A DNA stretch of 64,000 nt from Eledone cirrhosa (GCA_964016885.1 OZ024740.1:383408001-383472000), one strand, 5' to 3'. Positions 38,025-53,800 are shown, counted from the stretch's first letter. Program-made: numbers and translations. The notes: generated by a model not told the origin, from the letters alone.

Positions 38025-38404
38025 TAACCATGATAGACAGATATATGATGAGGCTAGTTTATATTTTGTATGTTTTTTTATGATTATTTAACTGATTTTA
38101 CTTTTCAAATCTGTTGTTATATGACATCTCATTCATCTCCATTCTGTCCGCCGGGGCTGTGGGTGGGCCCCATCGCGTACCGTTGTAGTTGTTGTAGAAG
38201 AAACGGATTCCACTGGTATATTGTATATTGTATATATTTTTTGCATCCATACCATCTTTACAAATAGGACACATTCTATTTACAATACTGACCGAAAGTA
38301 TCATTTGAAATATCATTTCTATGCTGCTTATCTTAGAGTTATATGAAAATGAATTCGTTCAAATGTTTTATCTAAATTCTGTTTTCTATCTATTTTTAAT
38401 ATAG

Positions 38405-38504
38405 TAACAGTGCTGTGCCGGACACTGCGTTTTCAAATCCGATGTACGAAGAACGCAACAGTCGGCAACAGTTATTGGCAGCTGACAGTAGCACGCGATG
38501 CTAA
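38405..38504 (+). CDS. Candidate terminal exon of a host membrane receptor cytoplasmic tail (FSNPMY)
   Basis: T-rich tract plus AG at 38403-04; reads NSAVPDTAFSNPMYEERNSRQQLLAADSSTRC*; locally GC-rich; AATAAA downstream (~38655). Confidence 0.45.
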
Positions 38505-40765
38505 ACCCAGGTGACTCAAGCGTCCAAAAGATCTCATAAACAGTATGGTCTTTATATCACCAAGTACTGGTTAAACAAGAAAGAATACAAAATATACAAC
38601 AACAACAAAAAAACAAAACAAGAAGACTGGAAGAACCTAAGAAATGAGAACTGCTAATAAAAGCAACACAAAAAATACTGAATGAAGTAAATTGAAATAA
38701 ATGACAATAACTCGTTAAAATAACCTGCACCGAATAATATATTTTTGTTTAATTATTAGTTATTGATTGACTGATGAAGTGTCCAAAATAATATGGATGT
38801 ATACTAACTGTAAAAAATGAACTAATGTAATAGTCAAATAGAATGTGAAGACACATGTACACGTTCATTCATACATACACACATATATTTAAACATGTTT
38901 TTGTTGAATGTATTACGAGAAAAAGAATGGGAACGTATGTATGTATGCCTTTTTGCATACGTTAGTATGAATTTAGATGTGGGGGAATGAAAAAGACGGT
39001 TTCTTATTACTTATATTGACTACAGCAGAATATAATTTTGATTGTTGAAAAGAAAACCAAGTAGCATTGAAGTATGTAACATAATTTTTAAAAAGCAATT
39101 GTATATTTAATTATTTGGAGGAGAGCAAAATTATTTTCTAAATGAAGAAAATTAATAACAATGATAATAATAATGAGGGGATAATTGTTTATACTAATTA
39201 GTAATGGTGTTTATTAATTAAGACTATATTCGTTTATGAAATTAGAACATTTATTTGGAACATATGTTCAAAACACACCAAGTGGCAGAGCGTTATTTAA
39301 GTAAAAGTAGAATAGAATAAGCACACACACACATATCCAAGCAGGCAGACAAACCCACGCACACACACAGGCATACATCCCTAAACACACCCGCGCACAC
39401 TCAGACAAACATACGTATATATAAATATTAATAACAGGAACCAAATTATATTAGAATCATTCGTTTCCGTCTTTTGATGATAATTATATCAAACAAAGAT
39501 TCTTTCTATCTAATATCAACTCCTCTTCTGACAAAAACTGCTGTAGTTGTGAAAAGTAATTATAGTTCCCTTATTTGCTGGCGCAAAGAATATATCAGTA
39601 TATAGGACATATCGTCCTTTTTTAGAGTTTTTTTTTACATTAATTTTCATATGCATTTTGTTGTAAATATATACCAGGTATCAGATGCAATAGAATCATT
39701 TTCTGTGTGTTTTATTATTTTGCTTTATATAGTAGTGTTGCTTTTTGGGAGGGAAGCTTTTCTTTGTTTGTTGTTTTGTAAGGTTTTGGTGTAAAATCAA
39801 ATGATTTATACGCCAATAAATATGGCAATTATTTATTATCATCATTTATTGAATACATTGAAATTCAAACAGTCATATAAACATGTGTGTTTGACATCCA
39901 GTAGCCATATACAAAACTAACAATACAAAGGTTCACTTATTTCACACAAACACATGACAGCGAATACAGTTAATATAACATCTACGATTATTAAAAATTA
40001 GCAACAACATTTTAAATCCATATAAGTTTGTGTGTGTATGTAAGTATGTATGAAACATATATGTATATACGTGCATGTATATATATATCCGTTATTTGTA
40101 TATATCAACCACGGCCTTTTGCGATGATAATTTGTAACTCATTGCAAGTAACAATTTGATTATTTTCATAGTCAAAGTAGTACTGTTGAAATTTATATTC
40201 CCTACGGGTGTGAAATTGCGGCGTATTTATGTACGAATGCAGTCTTTCATTATGAGAGGCGTGCGAGTGCAGCCTTTTTATTATGTGAGGTAGCCACATA
40301 CAATTTAAGAATTAGAACCAACCCCACAAACATTGTAGTACACTTAACACACTTTTATACTCTACATTTTGAGATTTGTAAGCCTGATGGAGATGCATAC
40401 GTTTTCACTACACTTCTGCACACTATTTGGAAGCAAACCCTGAAATCTGTTCGTCAAGGGGATACAAATTACAATTCAGGCGATATTCGAAACAAAGCAT
40501 GGGGCTATAAATCATGGGTCTTCCAGTACATAGATGTAGAAGTATTTAAAATTCCATGCAGATTAATCAAACCTCGAAAGCACCCCATTACAGCTTTGAT
40601 GAAAAATGTGAAACACTTCCACAGGTTGTAACTTGTTCCTAATATTATGCATCTCTAAATATATATGTGTTCATGGAAGGAAGATTCTGTATTTAAATGT
40701 CTGCACGGGTCTATGTATTTAACATCTATTCGCATAACACACATGCAAACACACACACAAACACG

Positions 40766-40831
<66 letters not shown>

Positions 40832-40882
40832 ACACACACAATTACATATATACATATGTGTTTGTGTATGAGTGTGTGATTG

Positions 40883-40970
<88 letters not shown>

Positions 40971-41684
40971 CGCGTGTGTGTGTGTGTGTGTGTTGGTATG
41001 TGTGTGTATGTATGTATGTATGTAAGATTGTGTGTTTGAGTGGTTGGGTAAACACATTTACGTTAAGAGAAGTTGTTGTAATTACATAATCATATTTATT
41101 ATGCACAGTTGAGTAAAACTGTTGATGCCACACACAACTATTAACTTTATCAATGCTGGAGCATAACTTCATTTTCTGTTGTAGACTTGTATGCATAATT
41201 ATACGTTGTTAGTGTCGGATAATGTCATGCCAATTCTCGTTGCATTTGCACTGCTCTGATGTTAGAGAAATGCTTTTAATAAATATAATTATATAGTTAC
41301 ACAAAAATGTCACGTCTATTCATATAACGATACTCCGTCATGTTAAACGCGATTCCGCATCAATGAGGGAAACGTAGTACCGTTATAGAGAGCTTCATTC
41401 CGCTTACACCTGAGTTGCTTCATGAGATGATGCTAAGGCAACACTCAGAAATAGAAAATTGAATGAATACTCACAACTATATATGTATATTTGTGCATAT
41501 ATATATATATATATATGAATGTGTGAGATTGTGTGTGGATATGTGTGTGGAACTGATAAATGACTCAAAGTTTCACTGTATAAGAAAGTTGTAGTTGTCT
41601 GGAAAACCGTGATTGAAAAAGCGGCATCAGAGATACAGATTAAAGTGTGATGACTATATATATATATATGTGTGTGTCTGTATG

Positions 41685-41739
<55 letters not shown>

Positions 41740-41746
41740 CTGTATG

Positions 41747-41876
<130 letters not shown>

Positions 41877-42330
41877 GGTGTCTGTGTGTGTGTGTGTGTA
41901 TAGTTCAAGGATACAATACAATATATAAACACAATAGGGGGAATGAAATATATATCATATATATATATTGGTAACGAAAGATTGAAATTTCAATTCAACA
42001 ATGTTGAGCCACGAGCAGTTAAATATAATTAATTTACATCCGGCGCGTTTCTGGATACGAATTGCTGAACTGGTACTATGGCGAATATATTAGAATACGT
42101 TCGTCTAGCTAAGAAATGTTCGCAGGACGTTGATCGATCATTCTACATAGAAAAACTGCAAAATATGGCTTTAACAAAGAACGATGTTATTAATATTCAC
42201 ATTTAAACACCGAATATACAATTCAAGTAAATGCATCGAGTGCTGAAGTGGGCATTACATGTAGCAATTAACACTACTCGTCAATCGACTATATACACAT
42301 ACTTACATATATGAATATATATATGTATAC

Positions 42331-42405
<75 letters not shown>

Positions 42406-42458
42406 AATTTCAGTTCATGCATATATATATACATACATACATATATATACATATATAT

Positions 42459-42498
<40 letters not shown>

Positions 42499-42510
42499 TT
42501 ACACACACAC

Positions 42511-42587
<77 letters not shown>

Positions 42588-42793
42588 TATATACATACAT
42601 ATATACATACATTCGTTTATATGTATATAAATAAATGTTTATATATACACATGTATATATATATATATACATTTATCTATATACAAATAAACGAATGTAT
42701 GTATATATATATATATATGCATATATATATACATTCGTTTATATGTATATAAATAAATGTATATATATATGTATATATATATATATTATTATA

Positions 42794-42884
<91 letters not shown>

Positions 42885-43219
42885 ATGTATGTATATACAC
42901 GTATATATACGTATATATATTCATAAACGGATGTGAGTACTACTAAGAATGTATCTATATGCACACTCTTTAAATATATATTCTTCCATTGTCATCATCT
43001 GCGCTGTGTTCCCTTCCAGTCGTTCCAAATATGATTAAAGGAAAACAATGTAAAAACAAACATGAAAAATTACATCGTCCCGTTTTTCGCATAGAAAAAC
43101 AATTGTTGCAGTTGTACTTTCAACTGCTTGTTTTTGTTGTTGTTTTTTTTTATTTTTACTTGTTATTGTTATTAAACTAACAGCGTGTTGAAATGTTAAT
43201 ATATATCTTTACAACTACC

Positions 43220-43256
43220 ATAATTATTATTATTATTATGCTTATCATTATTATTA

Positions 43257-43332
<76 letters not shown>

Positions 43333-43340
43333 CATTATCA

Positions 43341-43387
<47 letters not shown>

Positions 43388-43390
43388 ACT
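43220..43390. repeat. Long (ATT)n microsatellite with no LINE insertion
   Basis: Direct reading. Confidence 0.95.
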
Positions 43391-43533
43391 ATTATATCTT
43401 TATATTATTACGTAGTATTATATTAAGTTCATTTTTACCTCAGTTATTGCAATTCTATAATCTCCTACTCCATACCCCATCAGGTGATATGAATACAAAA
43501 CTATAAATTATTATTATATTATTTTAGATATTA

Positions 43534-43718
43534 GGGGGGTGAATTGGCAGTATCGGTAGAGGGTCGGAAGCCATGCTTTGTAGCATAGTTACATCCCTTT
43601 ACGTTCTGAGTTCAAATCCCGCCAAGGTTATCTTTGCCTTTCATCCTTACGGGGTCGATAAAATAAAGTACCAGTAATGTACTGAGTAATTGCTGGCCTT
43701 GTGCCTAAAGTAGAAACA
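43534..43718 (+). mobile_element. Full-length tRNA-derived SINE (Meta-like central core) with 21-bp TSD
   Basis: A box TGGCAGTATCGG 43545-56; B box GTTCAAATCC 43610-19; core GCCTTTCATCCTTACGGGGTCGATAAAATAAAGTACC; TSD ATTATATTATTTTAGATATTA at 43513-33 and 43719-39. Confidence 0.9.
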
Positions 43719-44641
43719 ATTATATTATTTTAGATATTATGCTGGCTTATATAATAATATCACTAATAATAATAGGAATATAAATGTCGTATTTGTACAT
43801 ATTATCATCATCATCATAAACATCATCATCATTATTATTAATATTTGTGTTAGCAGCAGCAGAAGCAGTACTACTACTACTACTACTACTACTACTATTA
43901 CTACTACTATTACTACTACTTAATATACTTATTTATCATATAATTTAGTCTTAAAATATGTTACTCTAGTATTTTGTTCACCAATCAGATGGGCAAATCT
44001 GGTGCTTATTATCCATTTCATTTGATTCAACGTATTCTATATTGTCTTCATTTATACCCCAACGTTTTTGTTTTATTACTTTTGATGTCTTCAGCACTTA
44101 AGATATTCCTCTAAGTAACATCTCACTTAATTTATTATTTTCATTTTAACCATTGATGGCTACAAATGTCGCTGTACCTGAAACGATGACAACACAAAAA
44201 CGGGAATAAGTTTATGCATGTTGCAGCTCCGATTTTCTCCATAGATTCAGTAGTTATAATCATCAGTCATCAGTAGATTTAGAACATTGCACATATCCTA
44301 TAAGAGCAAGTACATAAGTATGCAGAGACACACCGAAATGCATTTGGATTACCTAAGCATTTATCAAAAGTAGATATAGGAAAGATTATTTCTACTTATT
44401 TTATATAAATATAATCCTTTATACACACACATACACACACACATGTATATATATATATACATGTATATATATATATATGAGAGACAACAAAAAATCTGTG
44501 ATGCATCATAACTCAATTTATTGTGTGTTTCAATTATTTCACCGGCGGACATCTCGAGAAGTGATCATTGTGTGGATCTGTCTGATTCTAGAGCCGCATG
44601 TTCGACGGACACGTCTAATGATTTCGGAGAATATTCTCTCA

Positions 44642-44739
<98 letters not shown>

Positions 44740-46061
44740 GATGAGTTCTTCAAACGCAGACAAACTCAAATATTTTATAACATATTATACAAACAAATAC
44801 ACGCTTACAACTGGATTCTTCTAAATAATTAATATAAAACTTGTAATAATTCCTTTCAGTCTTTCATATATAAAGATTAAGTCAATTTACACATAACAAT
44901 CGCCAATTTTATATAGGTTTTCTAACTGTGCCTCTCAACTTTACATATAATCACTACTTGCACATATGTTCATAAACACATACATGACTATAACATGCAA
45001 ATCCACATACGCACACACACACACGAGCGCGCGCGCACATATATGTATATAGTGTGGTGAGTTACGCAATAGGTTTATATCCAGAATTTGCAGAGCACTC
45101 ACATGCCTTGCATCACTGTACAATACTTTTACTTTGTTAATTGTGTATATATTAAATGTTCTGGAAAACAGAGAATATCAATCTTAAATGCATACTGGAT
45201 GTATATTCATTATGATTAATCTGTAGAGAATATATATATGTTCATGAACTTTAGCTAAAAAGAAGCAGATTTTTGTCAAAAGTCGACACTTTGTATTTTA
45301 CCAACGAATCCCCAGAAGCTCATCACTTAAGTATACGTTACGCAGATAGGGAGCCACTGCACTGAGTGGTTTAAATGTAAGACTAGATTATGTATTAGTA
45401 GTGAATTTTAAATTCGAAAGTGCTTACCCTGATGAAATTGTTAGAATTCATATCACAAAAATTTATCCCCAGCAAATTATTCCATAAAATTAAGTTTGAA
45501 TTATATTAGGACTAGTTTATATTGTAAATGTATTCCTGAATATAATTTATCAAAGAGACAAAATTCAATTGAATGAAATTGTATCAAACAATAGTGTCAT
45601 AATCTAAATATATAATAATTAATTGTAATATCAAGATCAAGAACTATACAAGATTACGGTATTATAAAAACTGAAAAACAAATTCATTAATATGAGGGAC
45701 ATATAATTGAATATAAAGATGTGAAATTACCTATGAAAGTAAAAATCATTGTTTAATTCCAAATTTCTATTTATTGAAGTCAATAAATGCATCATTAATA
45801 CACGAATATATTTAAGGTAAACATTTATTCAGGTTAAGTTCAAGTCATGAATGGACGTTTATAACGTTATGGACTTGGTGTAGCATTCAAGACAGTGGAA
45901 TGTTATTGTGTATATAATTGGTTAATATAGAAAGAAAGCCACCACTAGGAAAACGTATACATACATAAAGGCATACATTTATACATATATGCAAGCATAT
46001 AAACATGCATAGTTATATACATATATACATACATACATACACACATGTTTCCATACATACA

Positions 46062-46576
46062 TAATGGCTGCCTCCTTGTTATCGAGTATGGCCATTGCAC
46101 GATGTACCATTATTAATAATTATTAATTAATTCTATCGTGCAATGCCTGTGCGTGAAGATATTTGTTAAAGTGAGGAAAGACTGTGCACTGAGTTAATTC
46201 CACTCCCTGAGCGACAGTAGCTATAACCCGAAAAGAAGAAAAAATCAACACCATCGGTAAGTACTGAGCCGTAGGTTTTATATCGGAGTTATCCCAGTTT
46301 CCTGAGTTGCCTTCTCCTAGAAGAATGCCCTGACAAAGGCTAGGGTCCTTCACTCCCAGTGGTTTAACCGCGCGGTACATGTGTATATACATATATTGAC
46401 TCTTATGAGTTCTTCCGCCCTTTGTCAGGTTTTGTTTTTTGTCCTGCAGAGTGTCCAAAATCACCCTCCTCATCAAGTAAACTTGGAGGGGTTGCCGGTT
46501 TAGTCGCCGACGACCCGACCATGCGACAGGTTGTACTGTGTCACATGTAACCAGTAGCACTCAAGAGTGACTAGAC
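46062..46576 (-). mobile_element. Probable non-autonomous RTE-derived element (5'UTR-like plus 3'-end-like parts)
   Basis: GC-richer island between (CATA)n tracts; minus strand has CTAGGAGAAGGCAACTC (RTE 5'UTR-like) and ends GCCATACTCGATAACAAGGAGGCAGCCA (RTE 3'-end-like); recognised from memory only. Confidence 0.4.
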
Positions 46577-46855
46577 ATAACATACATACATACATGCATA
46601 CATACATGCATGCATACATACATGCAATCATATATTCATATATGTAGGTTAATGCATATACAATTAATCCATACGCGCAGAGATATACATCCACAATCAG
46701 AAAATCCGTGAAGATTTAGAGTCTGTGAAACAAAAGCATATTTGTTAATCGCTATATGAATTACCTCCATAGTTATCTGTTTTTTTCATGTTCACATCCC
46801 CCATATATGCACACTCACCCGCACAGACACAGTCTCACACACACGCACAGACCCA

Positions 46856-46968
<113 letters not shown>

Positions 46969-47119
46969 GACTCTTACAAGGCTAGAATAGTTTGATTCGT
47001 AGGTAGTCATGAGGATTTTCCTGATGATTTCATTCGAATTTACAAAGGTATTGTGTACTTTTTTTAACTGTGGCCACCTCCCGATATCCATGGGGGATCT
47101 GCCCATTATATATATATAT

Positions 47120-47150
<31 letters not shown>

Positions 47151-47260
47151 AATAGATTGATATTTCAAAAATTTTGCAGCCATATCTATTATTATACACA
47201 TGGAAACACCACAAAATGAGTCACTTAAAACATTATGATACATATATGAATATATGTATG

Positions 47261-47394
<134 letters not shown>

Positions 47395-47448
47395 TAAGTA
47401 CGTATGTATGGATGTGTGTACCTGTCTGAGTTTATAGAATATGTTAAT

Positions 47449-47556
<108 letters not shown>

Positions 47557-48021
47557 ATCATATGTACATTATATATAATGTATCTCTATTGTATATAATA
47601 TATTACACACATATATTTATATACACCTACAGCCATATGTATATATATATATATTATACATATGTGTGTATGTGTGTCTATGTGTGTGTACGTATGTCCG
47701 TGTGTGTATACATGTATATATTCCTCTGAATCAACGTTAAATTATTTCTCCATTACTATTTAGTTATCAATATCCTCATTTTTTTATATGTATATATATC
47801 GCTTCGAGAATATTGACTATTTAAATTGTATGCCCGTAGCTTATTCTTTCATTGTTCATATACTATATTCAAATATTTTCTTATAGAAAGAAAGCAATAC
47901 TCATTTTATGTCATGTTATGTTTATTATTCCTAGTATTGATATTACTGTAATAATATAATCGGTACTGCATAATTTATGCTTATAATTATTATCAGTATT
48001 AATATTGCTGCAAATACGTTA

Positions 48022-48235
48022 ATGATTGGTGCAATTGTTAATGTGCCGGAAAACATGCATTGCTGTATTTAGTTACGTCCTTTTTCTTTGTTTATTCCAT
48101 TTCTGTTCAGCGTTTGTGCTTCATCCTTCCGGCCCTATAAAAATCATACCATTCAATTACTGGAGTCGATTTAACATCCTAACCCCTCCTTCAATATATG
48201 TGGGACCCTGCATCTATTGGAAATTATTATTATCA
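48022..48235 (+). mobile_element. Old, diverged SINE followed by (ATT)n
   Basis: TTGGTGCAATTGTTAATGTGCCGG head; GCTTCATCCTTCCGG..ATAAAAATCATACC core; tail GGAAATTATTATT. Confidence 0.55.
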
Positions 48236-48507
48236 TATTTATTATTATTATTAATATTATTATTATTATTATTATAATTATTATTATTATTATTATTATT
48301 TTTCATATTATTAATAATTTTATCATTATTATTATAATCTTCTTTAGTCTTATTATTTTTACTCCTTTGTATTTTTTATTATAGTAAAACTTAATCAGCA
48401 AATGTATTTCTTTATAGATTATCATTTATATTTAGTTACATTTCCATATATATACGCATATGAACATACATGTACGTATATATATATATATATAAATTCA
48501 TATATAT

Positions 48508-48687
<180 letters not shown>

Positions 48688-48971
48688 ACACACACACATA
48701 CATACGTATGCCATATCTTTTCTTTGAACTAATACTGTTTGTTCTCCGAGGAAAAGCATGTTGGTGCCATCGAAGATTAGCGATGGTAAGGATAATCTGT
48801 ATTGGATTAATTTTTACCAAATTCTGAATAAATGGCTTTACAATAACCAATGAATTATTTCTTTCCCGTTTCTCTTTTTCATCTTAGTTACCTTTCATTA
48901 TTCTTCCTATTTTTTTTATCTGATTTTCATTTCATCTTTACATAATCGATATTGTCCTATTTCATGTGCTG

Positions 48972-49105
<134 letters not shown>

Positions 49106-49205
49106 CTATCTCCCTCTCCCTCTCTCTCACTCTCACTCTCTTTTTATCTATCTATCTATTTATCTCCCTCTCCTTCTTATCTCTTATCTCTCTTTCTCGG
49201 TCTCC

Positions 49206-49239
<34 letters not shown>

Positions 49240-49730
49240 ACCTTTTGTTTTCTTCTGTTCATCCACATATCTGTCTCGGTGCCTATATGTATGTTACTCT
49301 TCCTTGCACTTTTCTGTATTTCCTTATTTTATATCTTCCGAAACTGCAATAATTCCACGTAGCTGCTGGTATACAATCGAGAAAGTAATTCAACTGAAAA
49401 ACAGACGTTTAATGCGGAGAATAATCATAAATAAAATTATTAAATTTCCCATCAACAACAATTTTCTCGAAAAACGAATCGACTGAGGGATATTTTCAAG
49501 GTATCGTAAAATCTACACCATGATTATCAATTGAAATCATTTCTAACATGTTTTGGTCTCTAGCCTGAGATGTTGGATGATACTAATCTGTCTACTGACA
49601 TACTTCTCTGCACAATAAGAAATTGCATGTGTAATAAACTGAGTTTCTTTCATCCATAACTGGACCAACCTGATCACAAAGTTAACTAATATCCTATGAT
49701 TATTTTTTTAATTCTAACTAATATAGTATG

Positions 49731-49905
49731 GTACGTGTTCATCATATAAAATACAAAGTTTGTTTTATAAATATTGACATATCCAGGAAGGAGATCTTAA
49801 CGGTTCAAGTTTTTCCTGGATAAAACTTGAACCGTTAAGATCTCGTTCCTGGAAATGTCAATATTTATAAAACAAACTTTGTATTTTATCTGATGAGAGC
49901 GTGCC
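49731..49905. repeat. ~175-bp near-perfect inverted repeat
   Basis: Arms ~49731-49814 and ~49822-49905, e.g. GAGATCTTAACGGTTCAAGTTTT / AAAACTTGAACCGTTAAGATCTC. Confidence 0.9.
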
Positions 49906-49942
49906 AAAGTTTTGGTACCCTTGAAATATATATAATAGAATA
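49882..49942 (+). ncRNA. Minimal type I hammerhead ribozyme
   Basis: Stem I TATTTTAT/ATAGAATA; CTGATGA 49890-96; stem II GAG.GTGCCAAAG/TTTTGGTAC.CTT; GAAA 49923-26; palindromic stem III ATATATAT then A. Confidence 0.75.
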
Positions 49943-50076
49943 AATATAGTTTTATAAATATAGTTTCCATTTATTAATATCATTGATATTATACTCCAGA
50001 AAATCTATCGAGTGCTTCGAATCAGTTATAAATATATATATTTGTTGGATTACCAACAAATTAAATATCCCTTTTG

Positions 50077-50129
<53 letters not shown>

Positions 50130-50350
50130 TATTTATATATAAAACTGTTGTTGTCTGTGTGTGTGTCCTCATTTTTGCAAAGTCTATACAAATCCACATT
50201 TCTACTCCGATTTACTTAAAACTTGCATTTATATATTCCTTGCGGTCTAAAGATAACTGCAGCGTTTATTTTTCAATTTTCTGTTGTTAAAGGGGAGATA
50301 GGCGCCGGTTATCAATCTCCGTCAAGCCCTTATAATATCTATCTGAATGT
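50130..50350 (+). mobile_element. Possible non-autonomous Helitron/DINE-like repeat fragment
   Basis: Starts TATATATAAAACTGTTGTTGTCTGTGTGTGTGTCC, a style typical of such elements; no diagnostic 3' end seen. Confidence 0.25.
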
Positions 50351-50473
50351 CTGCTGTGTGCATAACGAAATTCTGACGAACACGTCATTGCTGGCGTATT
50401 ATCTTCGCTACATCCATATACACACATACACACGCACACACAAACACGCCCATATATATACATATACATATAT

Positions 50474-50600
<127 letters not shown>

Positions 50601-50781
50601 TACATATACGCACGTAGTATATATACACGTATACATATGTATATATATATATATATGTAGGAGGTGAGTAATATTGTAGAATAATAAAACTCTGCATATA
50701 TCAGAAAATAACCATTCAACAGTTGGTAGAACTGGGGTATATATAAATAAGAAATTAAAAGATGGTTATAAAATGTCCATA

Positions 50782-50851
50782 TATTTTATTATGCGCATTC
50801 CGAAAACAACATCATCCGGGGACAAAAGTTGTGTTCTCATCAGATAAAGTA
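50782..50851 (-). ncRNA. Hammerhead in Naiad pLTR (GAAA mutated to GGAA)
   Basis: Minus strand TACTTTAT-CTGATGA-GAACACAAC...GTTGTTTTC-GGAA-TGCGCA-TA-ATAAAATA. Confidence 0.65.
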
Positions 50852-53800
50852 AGGTAACATGATATGAGGCCTAAAAACACTTGTGAACAAGTAAGTGAGA
50901 GTCTACATATGACAAACATATAAGAGAAGAGAAAAAATAGGAAAAATGAAGAAAATGAAAGAAGAAGGAAAAGGAAAACGAAAGAGAAGAGAGGAAAAAG
51001 AAAGAAAGAAGGAGGAGAGAGAAAGAGAGAGAGAGAGACTTTTGATCGGGAAAAAATGAAAACCCCTGTAAATGACGGCTATAAAAATAAATACATAAAT
51101 AAATTGATGAGGTGTATGTGTAATATTACAAATATTAGAGGTCTAGAATATAGAAACGGGGTATATTATTTTATATTGAGTTTGAATACTAAAGTGGAAA
51201 AAATGTATTAATAAAATGAATTAAATTATATTAAATTAAATTAAAAATAATTATAATAATTATAAAAAACGGTTTTTAAAATAAAATAAAATAAAATAAA
51301 ATAAAATAAAATCAGATAGAATAGAGTAAAAAATAAAAATAAGAATAGTATATGTCAAAATTAAAAATTAGTATTAAAAAGTTATATATAAGGTGTATAC
51401 TATTTACTTATTATTTTATATCAACTAGTAAATAAAAGAAATTGCTAGAAAGGTCTATAAACATAGAAAGGCATATGACGTCATAGTTTGTTTACGAAGG
51501 TTTGAACGAAAATTTAAGGCAATAGAGGAAAAAAGGTGAAAGGCTTAAAAATGCAGAGAAAAGAAAATTAATACATTGTAGAATATAATGAAATATGTGA
51601 GAAAAAATGTGTGAAAAGATATATGTGTAAAAAATATATATGTGTAAACAATTAACCGTTTTTCGTGGAATATGTTATAGGACATTATCTGTATACTTTG
51701 TGAAAGGTCCTAAAAGATTTATGATTACAAAGACCAAATAAGTCTGTACATCTATTTATTAAAGAGTTGAAATTCGAGATAATGGTAAATTTTTCAGCTA
51801 GACATAAATTACAAACCCTAGATATGGAAGCATTGGAGTAAGGAAAAACGTGCAAATTTTATGCCAAGAAATTCCGTAATTAATGTTTTTGTCTTTTAAG
51901 GACCAAATAAGTTCTGAGAGTGCGGTGCTGGTCCTTTTAAGTGGATATTTAAATGTAGAAGAATGGTTATAGAGTTTTGCTTTCAAAGAAGTAGAAGTAG
52001 AGCCAATGTTGATATAGGTATTGGTACTAGTTGCCACTTTACATTCGTATACTAGGTTTTTATCGAGACAGACATTACTGAGAGGACAATTAGTTCTAAT
52101 AGGGCAGTTGCATTTACGATTAAGATTATTAACAGGGTTATTTGCAAGTGGCCCAAGATTATTTGTATTAGGAACTGGAGTGGTGGAATTAGCTAAAGGA
52201 GGTGCTAAGTTTTCCTGATTTACATTACTATTTGAAGCATTCCTCAAAGTTACGTTTGACGTCGTATTTATATTTATGTTATTTTGCCTAGAGTTTAGAT
52301 TGACGTCGGGCCTTACAGTGTTATTATTATGACTCTCATGGTTGGATGCATATGAGTTATGGTTTAATATTTTAGAATTATGTCTTGAGATAATTTTAGA
52401 AATGTTGGAAGTAGTGGAATATGAGAATTTAATGTTATGCTTAATAAAAATCTTGCTATATATATCTGAAGGGGGAAGCTGTTATCTAAAGCCCTAAAAA
52501 ATAATTTAGGGATATTACTAATAAGAGAAAGAGAGAAGGGAGCGTTGTATCAAATGATATTTTTATATCTAGGTCTCCTCCTTATGTTACTGGTATGATT
52601 ATTACTAGCTACATTACTATAAGTTCTGCCAAGATTAGTTTCCTTAGTGTATCTAATTTTGTCTGGATATCCAGCCCTAGTTAACGCATTATTATAATAG
52701 TTGGCATTAGCATCGAAGATATGTTTATTAGAGGATAAATTAGAAATTATTTTTTCAACACTTCTGACTATAGCAGTTTTAACATGATTAGGGTGGTTTG
52801 ATTTAAAGTTAACATAATTTAGGTTCTCATTATCATTATGGTATGGGTAATATAGGCCGGTATCTAGATTAAGGGATATAACAAGGAAATTTGCTAATTT
52901 ATCATTATTCTCGAATTCTATGTTTAGGTTAAGATTCTTAAATAGTTCAAGTATATTTTTCTTAATAATATTAAAGTTTACTTTGTTACAATTTAAGACA
53001 GTAAAAAGGGCAACATCACGATATATTCCACTGTGAAGTTGAGGAATTTTCCAATTTAAAGAGTTCAAGGTGAAAATTCAAATCAAGTCTGCCAATTGAG
53101 CTGAATCCGACGAAACCATAGTAATGTCGAAATTGTTGGAAGTATCCGCTCTTGTCCAATATTCATTGTTAAATTACAGTATGGTTTTCTTTGCGGTGAG
53201 AATGATGTTTAATTCATCAGTAGTGATGTCCGAGTATTTAGATGCATATGAGAGAGCCTTATTAAGGAGTGAAGGTCTATGTAATCATAAATCTTTTAAG
53301 ACCTTTCACAAAGTATGCAGCTAATGTCCTATAACATATTCCACGAATAATGGTTAATTTTTTACACATATATTTTTTACACATATATCTTTTCACACAT
53401 TTTTTCTCACTTATTTCATTATATTCTACAATGTATTAATTCTCTTTTCTCTGCATTTTTAAGCCTTTCACCGTTTTTCCTCTATTGCCTTAAATTTTCA
53501 TTCAGACCTTCGTAGATTTTGTAAACAAACTAACACGTTATATGTATTTCTACGTTTATAAACCTTTCTAGCAATTTCCTTTATTTACTAGTTGATATAA
53601 AATAATAAGTAAATAGTAGACACCACATATATAACTTTTTAATAGTAATTTTTAATTTTGACATAGACTATTCTTATTTTTATTTTTTATTCTATTCTAT
53701 CTTTTTTTATTTTATTTTATTTTACTTTAAAAACCTTTTTTAAATTATTATAATTATTTTTAATTTAATTTAATTTAATTTTATTTTATGTTATTTTTAC

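Noticed and set aside
47010-47050. CTGATGA motifs at ~47021, ~14150 (-), ~45430 and a degenerate one at ~12045 as hammerheads
   Set aside because: No convincing stem I and stem III with a correctly placed GAAA
52548-52552. In-frame TGA in the Naiad as selenocysteine
   Set aside because: Aligns with the Trp of the W-x-N-(P/A)-P motif rather than a Cys; the copy has many other lesions; no SECIS identified
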